A stretch of 64,000 nucleotides of DNA from Mytilus galloprovincialis (taxonomy: Eukaryota). Shown in pieces: positions 40,663-51,553 of the stretch (its first letter is position 1; every line of letters starts with the position of its first letter). Position numbers and translations under genes: made by a program. The notes below the pieces were generated by a model. It had not been told where the DNA came from and did not search any database. It saw only the letters and a list, made by a program, of their open reading frames with translations. Location: the NCBI RefSeq assembly GCF_965363235.1, contig NC_134842.1:20221521-20285520 (forward strand), written 5' to 3'.

Positions 40663-41711
40663 TTATATCATTTCAATCGTAACGTTGTGATTCTTACCCA
40701 GTTCAGTTCCGGAAATTTGTACTTGTATTTCTGTTTCCCCTAAAACCACTTGTACTTTTATGTTTTCAGTAATCGTTGGATTTGGTTTTTCAACTTTGAT
40801 TACTCCCAATTCGGAACACCCTTCTTCATCCGTATACATGGGATTTTCTTTTTCTGTTTTGAAAATATGCAACTTGAATTCTCCGCCTTCACTTGGTCGA
40901 CTTATAGCCATTGTCTTAAAAATTTTGCCTGGTTGAATGGGTTGCTTACGCTTAAGAAATGCATCGAATAGACCAATACACTTGGCTTCACCATTTACTA
41001 TTTCAAGGTGGTTCTGATCATGAATTGCAGGGTCAAATGTTTTTTTCTTCCTAAACCCATATGTACACCTCGCTATTCTGTGAGCTATGATATTTGGTTG
41101 GTGACCAAACATTACTGCGCCTTGCATAACGGCTAAATCACAGTCCTTTGGCACGATAACTGTAAGTTTGGGAAAGGTATCTTTTACTGCCTTTTGAACA
41201 AGCATGCATTGTGAAAAACCTCCAACCAAAAGAATTTGAGTTATTCCATCGCAACATTTCTCAGAAAGAATGTCTAGCATAAGTTTAATCAGAGAATCAA
41301 TTGTTAACTGAAATAAAGATGTGAATAGACTAAATTCAAATCTTATTTTGTCTCCTTTTAGTGACACTTTTGATGAAAAGTCTGAAGACTCAATAACGGA
41401 TTTTAAAGTTTGTCCCAATTGTTCCTTACAAACAAGATTCAATGCATTAGGTATTTTCATATTTATTCGCCCAGTGGTATTAGGTTTAATTGATCTCTTC
41501 TTAGTTTCAAACTCTCTCGATAGATCAAGGTAATTAGCAAGATGTTCTCCTTTTAATGCATTCATTATTGCTGGATTGGTGATTTTCTCCATCAAATTGA
41601 AAAACTCAGCATCTACTGATGTTCCCCCACAATTACTACCAGAGGCAAAATATATTTCTTTTAGTCTTCCATTATTGATTTTTTCATGAACTGTTATATC
41701 AGCTGTGCCAC
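40663..41711 (-). CDS. HSPA12-like: HSPA12-like exon 4 (terminal, includes TAA stop at 40663-40665), 1049 nt
   Basis: Minus strand ttttag|GTGGCACAGCTGATATAACAGTT completes the codon carried over from exon 3, giving G-GTADITVHEKINNGRLKEIYFASGSNCGG... and a 349-codon C-terminal part. A possible AATAAA lies 11 nt after the stop (plus tttatt at 40647-40652). Confidence 0.85.
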
Positions 41712-41944
41712 CTAAAATTTTTGAAGTTATGAATATCACATTGAATATATGTACACATTTTAATCATTTTACAATGACTTGATCTCAGCTTTCTCAGATC
41801 TGAAATCATTATCCAAACCAAAATGATATGTTTAACAGTTTCATTTTACGCAATAACATTCCTTCAAGCATATGAATTCGAAAGACATTAAATAAAGCAC
41901 AATTGTATGTTTCTTTTTCACCTGTAAAAATTGCGAACAAATGG

Positions 41945-42150
41945 GTTTTTACATAAATAAGGCCGCCAGTTTTCTCGTTTGAATGGTTTTACATTGTCAT
42001 TTCTGGGCTTTTAATAGCTGACTATGCGGTAAGGGTTGTGCTCATTGTTGAAGGCCGTACCGTGACCTATAGTTGTTAATTTCTGTGTCATTTTGGTCTC
42101 TTGTGGAGAGTTGTCTCATTAGCAATCAATCCACATATTCTTTTATTTTT
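41945..42150 (+). repeat. Interspersed repeat family A copy (5'-truncated), inside HSPA12-like intron 3
   Basis: ggccgccagttttctcgtttgaatggttttacattgtcatttctgggcttttaatagctgactatgcggtaagggttgtgctcattgttgaaggccgtaccgtgacctatagttgttaat...gttgtctcattagcaatcaatccacat. Confidence 0.8.
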
Positions 42151-43264
42151 TTATTTTTCCAGTTTTATTGCAAAGTTTGCAAACAATGGCGTTGTAATAC
42201 TGAACAGTAAGAAAACATATTGCTTACAAGAGCTTATGTTATAAGTACTCGAACGCAGTTTTTAATTCAACAAGAAATATTCTCCATGACATCATTTGAC
42301 AAAGCTCTACTCCATGCTCTAATTTTTAATAATTTGAATTTCAACAAAAGCAATAGAAATATATTGTTTGATTTCAATAAATGTCATTAGCTGTCAGTAG
42401 CTTCCATCCTTATTCATCAAATGAAAAACCATATGCTACTAAACACAAGTGTTGATGTTAGTCATGTTAATCCAGTAGCAAAATATAGAAATTATTTCCG
42501 TTGAAATTTGTTCGTGTTTACTTAAAATACCACCTTGCAAACTGTGACATGTTTACTTCAATTAAACTTGGAGAATTCACCTCTTGCTATGGTGCCTTAT
42601 AATCGTAACTGTAATAAAGCCTGTAACGAATTTTGTCCTACTAAACATTTCCTGGAATATGATTGATTAAAAGCAACCGCGTGGAGTCCGTGTATATTTC
42701 ATATAAGGTAAGTAGGATGGTGTGGTTTATTTCAATACACGGTAAGTAGTGGTGTTACATCCCCTTATAAAAACACGGTATTGAGGGGAAAGCTTTAAAG
42801 ATTTCAACAGACAATGCAATCATGATGGTAAACAATTGAAATAAATTAACAAAACACATAAAGCTAACAAGTTGTTATAATTAGGTCTTTACACTTTTCT
42901 GTGGAAAGACCTATTGTTTTTCTTCTGATTATTATTTTTTCTTCTTCAGCCAAATTTTGTTCTTGCGATAAACGTTTGTTTCGCAATATGTCGCTTAGAT
43001 ATTTGGTATATGATATCGAACAGTTTATGCGCTTTTGAAATTTACCCTGCGTAACCGAATACTTTTCTTTGTAGGAGTTATCTCCCCAAACACTGTTTTC
43101 CTTGTGTCCACAACTCCTTCGCAACCGTAAAAGATTACGACAAATTTATTTTATAAAATTGCTCGTTATATCCTTCGCATGATTTGTCCAATTTCGACCG
43201 AAGCAATATGAACGCTTGATATGAGAGTTATATCCCTTTTTGTATTTGAAATTTTGAAATGTAT

Positions 43265-43700
43265 CTTAAACTGGAACACCATAAGTGATAGAGACCTAGG
43301 ATCTTTTGATTTGAGGTCCTTGGTCCAAAACAATGAAAATTAGGTCAAGGTCAAAGGTCAAGGTCATATTCTAATTTTTGAATTTGTCTTATTTTCACTC
43401 ATTTTCATTAACCTTATAAGATATCGACAAATTATTTTGTATAAATTGTTAGATGCGACATGTGGTAACTAAATAATTTTAGTTGAAAGGGTGCGTAAAC
43501 AATGAATGGGAGTTTTAGCCCCTATCATATCTTAAATTATGTTTAAAGTGATATAACTTATTAACCATACATATTAGAGACTAGGGTCATTTGATTTGAA
43601 ATCCTCAGTTTGTGACCTTGAAATTGAGGTCAAGGTCATAGGTTAATTTGACGTTCTAGATTTTGACCTTTGCTTTAAATTCATATCTATACATCATAAA
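43265..43700. repeat. Two direct repeats of about 200 bp rich in GGTCAAGGTCA, related to the 150-bp family; inside HSPA12-like intron 3
   Basis: 43290-43380 gatttgaggtccttggtcc...ttaggtcaaggtcaaaggtcaaggtcatattc versus 43590-43660 gatttgaaatcctcagtttgtgaccttgaaattgaggtcaaggtcataggtt. Confidence 0.65.
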
Positions 43701-44645
43701 GCCATATGAACTGACCTTTTAGACCGATTTTTTATATTTTAATATCAAAATAGATATTAACTGGTGGAAAGACCTTCAATTGTTCTCTGAACAATTGGTT
43801 TTTAATTGACATTTGTTTTTGTATCGACTAATGATAGTAGGTTATTAATACTAACGGTATCGAAGAGTTAATCACTTTAATAGATCACTCGTCTAAATAC
43901 CACATGTTAAGATAGTCGGTAAGATAAATTCGTTACAAAGTGTGTTAGTGAACTAATACGATATATATGGGATTAGTAAATTCGAAATGGAGATTTAAGC
44001 TTCGCTCTCGCCCCATATGTAATTTACTGACCCCATATATATCATATTAGGTCATTAGCACTCTATGTAACTAATAATCTTCGAGAGTAACGTTTTCAAT
44101 GAGATATATAAATGCCATACAATGAAGATATGATATATTAGGAAATGGGTAGTTGGCAATTTTAAAGCTGACGTCATCACGTTTGTCAAAAATTTTAGTT
44201 TGAAGTCCTCTTTCTGTGTCAATTTCTATGTAACAATCAATCTTTGACATAGCCATTCTAGTTTTGGTAGTATCTTTTATACCCTGTTTACATAGGTATA
44301 TGTGATACTAACAATTATTTTGGTATTTTGATTATAATCAATATATCTGACGAAAATTTGAAAAACACATGGTTAGATGCTTTTTCTTTTATTTTCTTTG
44401 AAAAGTTTAAGCACGAATGGTGCATCATATGAGTTACAAACAAAGAAGCCAGTAAAGATACACAATAAAAACCAATTTGGAATACCGACTGGCTGTTGAT
44501 ATATCAATCGAATGAACGCAAACAATATATTGTCGATGTATAAGATGTATAACGGACTGACTTGCTTGAATATATTTGATACATATATAGTATTGGAAAT
44601 AAGACGCTTTTTTAAAATTTTGATTAACTTCTAACTATAACTTAC

Positions 44646-44799
44646 CTCCCAAGTCAACCACTATATATTGTGTGCCTACCGGAGCAACAACTATTTCAGA
44701 GTCAGCATCAACACTTTTTTTAGTAGGCAGCGTTTGACAGTAAATTGAGGCTGCCTCCGGTTCAAGGGCTATACGTAGTTTGTTTGGATGTATACCTGC
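44646..44799 (-). CDS. HSPA12-like: HSPA12-like exon 3, 154 nt, ends in phase 1
   Basis: Minus strand tcacag|GCAGGTATACATCCAAAC... encodes AGIHPNKLRIALEPEAASIYCQTLPTKKSVDADSEIVVAPVGTQYIVVDLG(G), ending TTGGGAG|gtaag. No ORF of 60 aa or more was called here, so the exon was found by reading the sequence directly. Confidence 0.75.
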
Positions 44800-44839
44800 C
44801 TGTGATAATACCTATCTTTAAACAATTTTATAATAAATA

Positions 44840-45060
44840 AAGGCAACAGTAGTACTTCACTGTTCAAAAGTCATAAATTGATTGAGAGAAAACAAGTTTT
44901 GACTACAAACTAAAACAGAAAAACACATCAACTATAAGAGGAACTCAACGAAACAACAGAACACTGAAGTGCAATAAAAAACAAAAGATAATGCAACATA
45001 CATAGAAACGAACAATTAGATAACAACTGCCATATTCCTGACTTGATATAGGACATTTAA
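44840..45060 (+). repeat. Interspersed repeat family B (about 220 bp), inside HSPA12-like intron 2
   Basis: aaaggcaacagtagtacttcactgttcaaaagtcataaattgattgagagaaaac ... tcaactataagaggaactcaacgaaacaacag ... caactgccatattcctgacttgatataggacattt. Other copies at 61630-61850, 13240-13450 and 2762-2885. Confidence 0.8.
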
Positions 45061-45600
45061 AAAAAAACCAGTGGGTTGAACCTGGTTTTGTGTCAAACTC
45101 AGAATAAATTCAATATTCAAGCATTGACTATACATAGATTAATGCTTTTCCACTCTATAATATGTATAAGTACACAGCCTAGTGATTAAGTGTAATGACG
45201 CCATACCGATCTTAAAAAAGGACCATAATTTTACATATCCATTGTAAAAATAAAATTAACCTTGGTCAAGTATTACGAGGTCGTTCATTTGAATATTGTA
45301 AAATACCACAAGAGTAACGAGTAGGTACGAACATTCATCCAAAATGTGCAATTGGACTATTGATAAAATTGAGAATGGAAATACGGAATGTGTCAAAGAG
45401 ACAACAACCCGACCAAAGAGCAGAAAACAGCCGAAGGTCGTCAATGGGTCTGCAATAAAGCGAAGATATCTAGCACTCGGAAGCTGCCTTCAGCTGGCCC
45501 CTAAACAAACATGTGTACTAGTTCAGTGATAATGGACGTCATACTTAACTCCAAAATATATATTGAAAATAAACTAAATTTCCCCTTTAATACTATCTTC

Positions 45601-45669
45601 GCTAACCAAGGGTTACGATCCACTCCCCTCTTCTCTATAGAGTAGAGTGGATCGTAACCCTTGGCTAGC
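45601..45669. repeat. Near-perfect 25-bp stem / 17-nt loop hairpin inside HSPA12-like intron 2, 40-105 nt from the exon 2 donor
   Basis: gctaaccaagggttacgatccactc-ccctcttctctatagagta-gagtggatcgtaacccttggctagc. Arms are 24/25 complementary. Confidence 0.9.
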
Positions 45670-45706
45670 AAAGATGCTCGAATACATATGTATACCAAAC
45701 AAATAC

Positions 45707-45925
45707 CTGTTCAGCACTTGTCCTCATAAACAGTTTTGCATTATCATCCCATATGGCTGGCACTGTTAGTACCCACAGAATATCATCTATTTGGATATTT
45801 TTCACCAGTTTATTAACTCTTTCAATGAAATGATCTTTCAGTGCTTTGATTGATAAGGAAAAGACATCTAAAGCTAATAATGATTTGCCACTAATATCTT
45901 CAATCATTAAATCTTTCGATAAATT
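45707..45925 (-). CDS. HSPA12-like: HSPA12-like exon 2, 73 codons, phase 0
   Basis: Minus strand ttttgtag|AATTTATCGAAAGATTTAATGATTGAAG... encodes NLSKDLMIEDISGKSLLALDVFSLSIKALKDHFIERVNKLVKNIQIDDILWVLTVPAIWDDNAKLFMRTSAEQ, ending GAACAG|gtatttg. Confidence 0.75.
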
Positions 45926-47405
45926 CTACAAAACATGTGCAACATTAGATAGCAACACAAAATAAGGTTATTTTAATTCAAAATAATTCATTATCGGAGT
46001 TTCAGATATATATTTTGACATTTTACAGAGAAAATAATAATTATGATAATGGATCAAAACTCGAAATTAATGGTATTTTCTCATATATCATCAATGTGAA
46101 AAGGCTATCTTATGAGATAGGAAATGACATAGCAAAAAGTAGACATTTGCCTCGCTTACATCAGATAGAAGTACAAAGAAATCAAAAATGTTTGGAATTT
46201 GTATAAGAAATCTATGATTTGATTAAAGCTAGTAGTAATTTTGATTACACCGGAAGTACTTCTTTCCAATGATTTTGAAATTCAAAGGATAGATCAACCT
46301 TCGATTGTTCTCCGAACAGTAGGTTTTTAATTGTCATTTTAATTCTTTAAATTATTTTATTAATTGACGTTGCATGTTTTCCCCTATAAGGTTGCCTTCA
46401 CGATCCTCTACCAGATTTTTCACGATTTAACCGCAATTCTTTTTTTCACTATCGTTTTTTTCGATTAACTAAACGACGGTTGTGATTATTCAAACTATTT
46501 TTTCTAATTCATTTTTCCCCCAAATTTTTAAATGCTACTTGCAAGTAATATGTTTTCAGTAACTCATTTCCATCATAGGTCGTAAACTTTATTTTGAAAA
46601 CTACGTGCTTGAATGGTCACTAACCACGAGACACATTACATAAAACAATCTAATATATGATTTTTTTTCAATCATTAATGAAAGTGAAATAGTAAAATAA
46701 TCATTCGCTTTAGCAGCCAGTATGGTCCAAGTTTGTCAAAGTAAGCTAAGAAACATTGATGATGAATTATTCCCTTGTAGGTGTATAATTCGACCTCATT
46801 GAATCCGTATTCATGTGAACTTCAATTCAAACCCTTATCTAGAGATGGATAACTCATGAATTGTGCGTGTAAAGTTATTTAAATGAAAAGAATGTCAATA
46901 TTGAAAGTGAAACAAAGGTAAATCATTTAACTAATTGATTAGATCCACAAAAAAATCACTCTTATACAGGAAAAACGATCATAAATATACATTTCTAATC
47001 TATAATGAAAAACTAAACCTACAAAAATCCAATTGCACGAGTTCGCTTAATCTATTTATATCTATCTTTATGATAACATGGCTTATATGGTCATCGTATA
47101 ACTTCGGAGGTCGATAGTTAATTAGATAGCGTCTAGACTAAAATACACACAAAATGAACCTGCATATTATCGTACCAATGCAATCTTAACTGTTTGTTAT
47201 AGACTTTTAATAGTTTTGATAAATGTTTTACATTGTTATAAATCAATTATGATAATTTAAGTCAAAACGCTGAAAATAAATTTGACAGCTTTTTTGGAGA
47301 AAGTTAAATGCCATTGGCTATTTTTGTCAAATAACTTGTGATGGAAATTTTAAAATAAGTTCTAAATCGCAAATAATATAATACATAATTTAATCATATG
47401 TGTAC

Positions 47406-47714
47406 CTTGTTTTGATATAAGTACATTTTAATTCTGGAAAAGTAGAAATAATCTTCATGAAGTTGGTCACTAATTAAATCGGCATATTCGTTTTCTGCTT
47501 CGTATCCAAATGCAACAAATTTTTTGTCACTATCAAGTAGCAGACTTGTAGGGGTTTTGAGCGACGCGAGTTGTGTACTCCCAGCATTCCATGACTGGTT
47601 TGCATGGATCTCTAGTGGATCTCGTTTGAAATCGGTACGGGAAGAAAACGCATACCCAGAATAAGTTGTTCCAAAATCTATTGCAGCAACATATAGATAA
47701 TTAGATTCGGTCAT
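47406..47714 (-). CDS. HSPA12-like: HSPA12-like exon 1 (ATG at 47714 to donor); 103 codons. In-frame TGA lies 12 nt upstream of the ATG.
   Basis: ORF MTESNYLYVAAIDFGTTYSGYAFSSRTDFKRDPLEIH...MYLYQNK. On the minus strand the exon ends CAAAACAAG followed by GTACAC donor (gt at 47405-47404). Confidence 0.8.
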
Positions 47715-49554
47715 TGTATCAGTTCAAGTGTACCTTTCACACAATAAAACATTTACAGCATGGATTCATCTAGTTGTCAAATACCGGCTGAAATTAAATA
47801 AATAGTTTTAAATGAATATGGTGGTAAAAGTTATTTAAACATATCAAAAAGACAATATATAAGTATATTTTCATATAGTCTCTTCTTTTATCCTTCGTAA
47901 GATATCATTGTAGAAACATATCACAACAAAGAAGAAGCATTTGAAAATCCAAAACACAACCATAAATGGAAACCTGTGAATGAAAATAAAATAACATTTT
48001 ATTAAAGGTGCCTTTCGTCAGGAATATTTCAACCCCAAAATATGAAAGTAAAAGATACATAAGTGCATTGATATGGAAAATGGGAAATATTATGACCAAA
48101 CGAGATCCAAAACTAATAACCCAATTGCAATCCATCAAAAAGCAACTTTGATTTTAGTAATAGGAAGTCTCTATAATTATGTTAACGGGGAATTAAAGAC
48201 ATAAAGGTCATAGTATAGACGCACTGCATACTGAGCAGGTGCTCCTCACAGGACCTAGCGATACAGAAGTGTATGCTGTGATTGTTTTTCGGTCTTTTTC
48301 GTTTTTTGAAATGAAGTTTTCAGTTATTTTTTACTTTAATATTATTTTGTGTCAATAACATATATTTCGCATAACCTTCGTTTGTTTACAATGTTGTTAA
48401 ATCGGGTCGGTCTATTTGACTTACAGATGAATTTTTCACTGAAATTCCTATCTATATTTCAATTTAGTTATTTCAAATGAATCACTTAACGCGTAATATT
48501 TCATCCTATGCTATATTTAGAAATCAAGGTACAACCACATAATCTTTCTGAATAACCGTCCTTATCATTGGATTTTAACTTTCCATGAGCAACGGAGCCT
48601 CCAGCTTTTCAAGTACTGATCATCTTTCCATTAAGACTTTGTTCATCTCTTGTTTTTTGTCAGAATTGTGTTTTATATTCAATTTTCATCTCTTATTCCG
48701 GGAAAAAAATATTTCTTTGAACGCTTACCTTTCGACGTTGTACTGAACGTTTGAAGGCCAACTCGCGTCCACATTTTGTAGTAACCAATTTACATCAACT
48801 GTGTCGATTTTCAATTCGGCGAGCTGTTGTTGGACCAGATATGAAACTTCGGTTAAGAATTGAATCAACAATCAACTTAATGAAATGAATGAGCTGTAAA
48901 AAATTCGGTCAACGTCTATAAATGAAATCCATGGTTGCGAAGACAGTACTGAATGGTTCCACGTGACTATTCAAAGTTCACATACTTAATATTATTTCTT
49001 TTATCTACTCGAATAATGTCGCATAATCTTATTGATTTATATCTATTTACCCTCACTTAAAGATAGGTCAAAAGATATAAAATTACAAGGTTAAAAATGT
49101 GCGACGCATTTTGTTTTTATTCGTAATATTTTAAACGCGATAGTCACGATAAAGTGCCATGGCCTAATCGGGGCTTAAGCGCGATAATTTGATCCACTAA
49201 TAAAGTGCGATGGTCTGTGCTTTTCATTTTAACACGTTAAAGTGCATTTTCCCACAAAATATCAACGTTAGCAACGTTCAACAGTATTAAATAAAATTTA
49301 AATAAAAACAGCTAGGGTACCAAAAACAAGTATACCTTTTTACTTTCTAATTAATAATTCTATAAAAAGAATACATTTTTTATTTTAAAATGACAGCAAC
49401 CTAACGGACAGATGCATAGTATCATCATATGATTGCCAATATGACTTAATGTATGCAACCTTTGTTACAGTATAACCTTTAACGTGGAAAAATCGATTTG
49501 GCTTACACTGCATAGTATTTTTTATTAAGACCAAAGGGTCTCAAAAGAAGTGTG

Positions 49555-50818
49555 TGAAGTTAGCAGCCGGTTCGTTATTCGATATTCGATATTCAAAATC
49601 TAGTGAAAACCATAAAAAAACAAATACTTTATAACATTAAAAGCATTATTTTTATAGTTAAGAGGACTTTGAAGATACGTAAGAAATCGTTAAATGACCT
49701 CTTCAAGGTGTCGTAAATTCTCGTTGTCAAATATAAACCCTTTTCCAAGTTGCATATTTGTCTTTATATGTTATATAGATTTTTGTCAATAAAACGACCT
49801 CAAAAATTCCTCTATGTTGTATAGATTTTTGTCAATAAAACGACCTCAAACAGTGGCGGATCCAGAACTTTTTGTAAGGGGGGGGGGGGGGGGCCGCTCC
49901 AGTCACATTTCAGTGATTCCCTGTATAATCAACCAAATTTTTCCCACGAAAGGGGGGGGGGGGCGGGCCCCTCAGCCCCCTGGATCCGCCTATGTCAAAG
50001 ATTTACTTTATATATGCTATTTTTTAAAACAAAAAGAAACACCGATAACTCTAGAAACATTTAGAATTATAAATAGAAATATTTATGGAAACCCAAAAAA
50101 AAGAAATACATAGCGAAAACCTACCTCAGACCGCTTAAATGAGAGTGATGAGTCCCCTGGTCTTAAAATGTCCTTAAAATGTAACCAAATCATAGACTAT
50201 ATATATTAAAAAAAAGGTGTATTAGAAGGGGTTTTTAGGATAATGTCATCTTCGATATCTACGGAGGGCTTAGATTGTCACTTTTCAGCTAAAAAATGTC
50301 AAAATTGTACGACAAAGGGCACAGGGCAATTGTGAGACCCCTGATATCTCAATCTTTCTACTATTATGTAGACATTAATCAAAAGGTAGACACAAACGTA
50401 ACTAACTTGGGTACACTTCCGCTCTCTCATGTTTACGGAGCGCCTAAAGTGCCAGTTGGATATTCAAAATATATAGCGAAAACCTACCTTAGACCGCTTC
50501 AATGAGGGTGAAACCGCTCTGGTCTTCCAATGTCTATCAAATTCAACCAAATCATAGACTCTGTATATGCAAAGGTTGTATTAGTGTCAATCAAAAATGT
50601 TGACGTCACAACCGTATTGAGTTGGGTTTTTTTTTGTGTTTTTTTTAACATAAAAAACGTATAATTCTTAAGTAATATTATCATGTCATCATTTTCATTT
50701 AACATGTTTAAAGAGTTTTTCTATGATAACATAATATTGTTTAATATCGAACTGGCTGTTAGCGGCCAGTTGGATATTGAATATCGAATATCGAATAACG
50801 AACCGGCTGCTAACTTCA
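49555..50818. mobile_element. 1264-bp element bounded by perfect 41-bp terminal inverted repeats (non-autonomous DNA-transposon/MITE-like or foldback element)
   Basis: Left end 49555-49595 tgaagttagcagccggttcgttattcgatattcgatattca. Right end 50778-50818 is its exact reverse complement, tgaatatcgaatatcgaataacgaaccggctgctaacttca. The interior carries about 95-bp direct repeats (50108-50200 and 50472-50565), a 45-bp tandem duplication (49768-49850) and a nested poly-G palindromic unit. No transposase-like ORF. Confidence 0.7.
49855..49990. repeat. Poly-G palindromic mini-element: 11-bp inverted repeats GGCGGATCCAG / CTGGATCCGCC flanking G16 and G12 runs
   Basis: ggcggatccagaactttttgtaa-G16-ccgctccagtcacatttcagtgattccctgtataatcaaccaaatttttcccacgaaa-G12-cgggcccctcagccccctggatccgcc. 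This causes the spurious ORF 49814-50113. Confidence 0.8.
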
Positions 50819-51183
50819 TATACATGTAACCCCAGTGTAAAACAATTCAAATGACAAAAATGGCAACGTGAGTTAAATACATGAACAAAACAATAAACGA
50901 ACAGAAAATATGAAATATGCAAAAAAAAAAATACCACTAAATTCCGGATAAACTAACTACTGCAATGTAACTATTACACTTTTAGGACAACTTTCAGATC
51001 GTACGTTAAATAATAACAAGAATACATGTTTGTAGTATGAAATATATATCCAACCACAAATGTAGTTCATGTATATATTCAGTTATTATAAGGCCTTCAA
51101 AGTAAAGTCTTCATTGTGTGTAAATTTGAGTTTTTGATTGGACTGCGTTAAGTCATTCTAATTTACATTTTATAGTGGTGTCT

Positions 51184-51553
51184 TTCTATGTTGTGATGTT
51201 TTACTATTGTTTCAGAAAATTGAGATAGTTTGGTACCATTAAAACGTTTAATCCCGCTGCAAATGTTGTACCTCTCCTAGCTAAGTCAGGAATCTGATGC
51301 ACAGTAGTTATCGTCTGTTTATGTAGTTCATACCTGTTTCTCGTTTTTCGTTTTTATATAGATTAGACCGTTGGTTTTCCCGTTTGAATGATTTTACACT
51401 AGTAATTTTTGGGGCCATTTATAGCTTGCTGCTCGATGTGAACCAATGATCCGTGTTGAAGGCCGTACCTTGACCTATAATGATTTAATTTTATAAATTG
51501 TTACTTTGATGGAGAGTTGTCTCATTGGCACTCATGCCACATCTTCCTATAGC
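51184..51553 (+). repeat. Interspersed repeat family A, long subfamily copy
   Basis: Aligns along its full length with 553-922. Confidence 0.8.

Larger units (their letters stand above)
40663..47714 (-). other. HSPA12-like: Gene span of an HSPA12-like (HSP70 family) gene with 4 coding exons, total CDS 1731 nt, about 576 aa
   Basis: Four minus-strand ORF blocks in consistent splice phase, all with canonical GT donors and AG acceptors. Joined protein reads MTESNYLYVAAIDFGTTYSGYAFS...YQNK|NLSKDLMIEDISGK...RTSAEQ|AGIHPNKLRIALEPEAASIYCQT...VVDLGG|GTADITVHEKINNGRLKEIYFASGSNCGGTSVDAEFF...VTIEMI*. N-terminal DFGTTYSGYA and the VDLGGGT phosphate-2 motif are diagnostic of actin-like ATPase/HSP70. Overall architecture matches HSPA12A/B. 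Confidence 0.8.

Noticed and set aside
49814-50113. 99-aa ORF rich in Gly and Pro (…VRGGGGGRSSH…KGGGGRAPQPPGS…)
   Set aside because: Artefact of translating the G16 and G12 homopolymer runs of the poly-G mini-element. No start context, no splice sites, low-complexity product.
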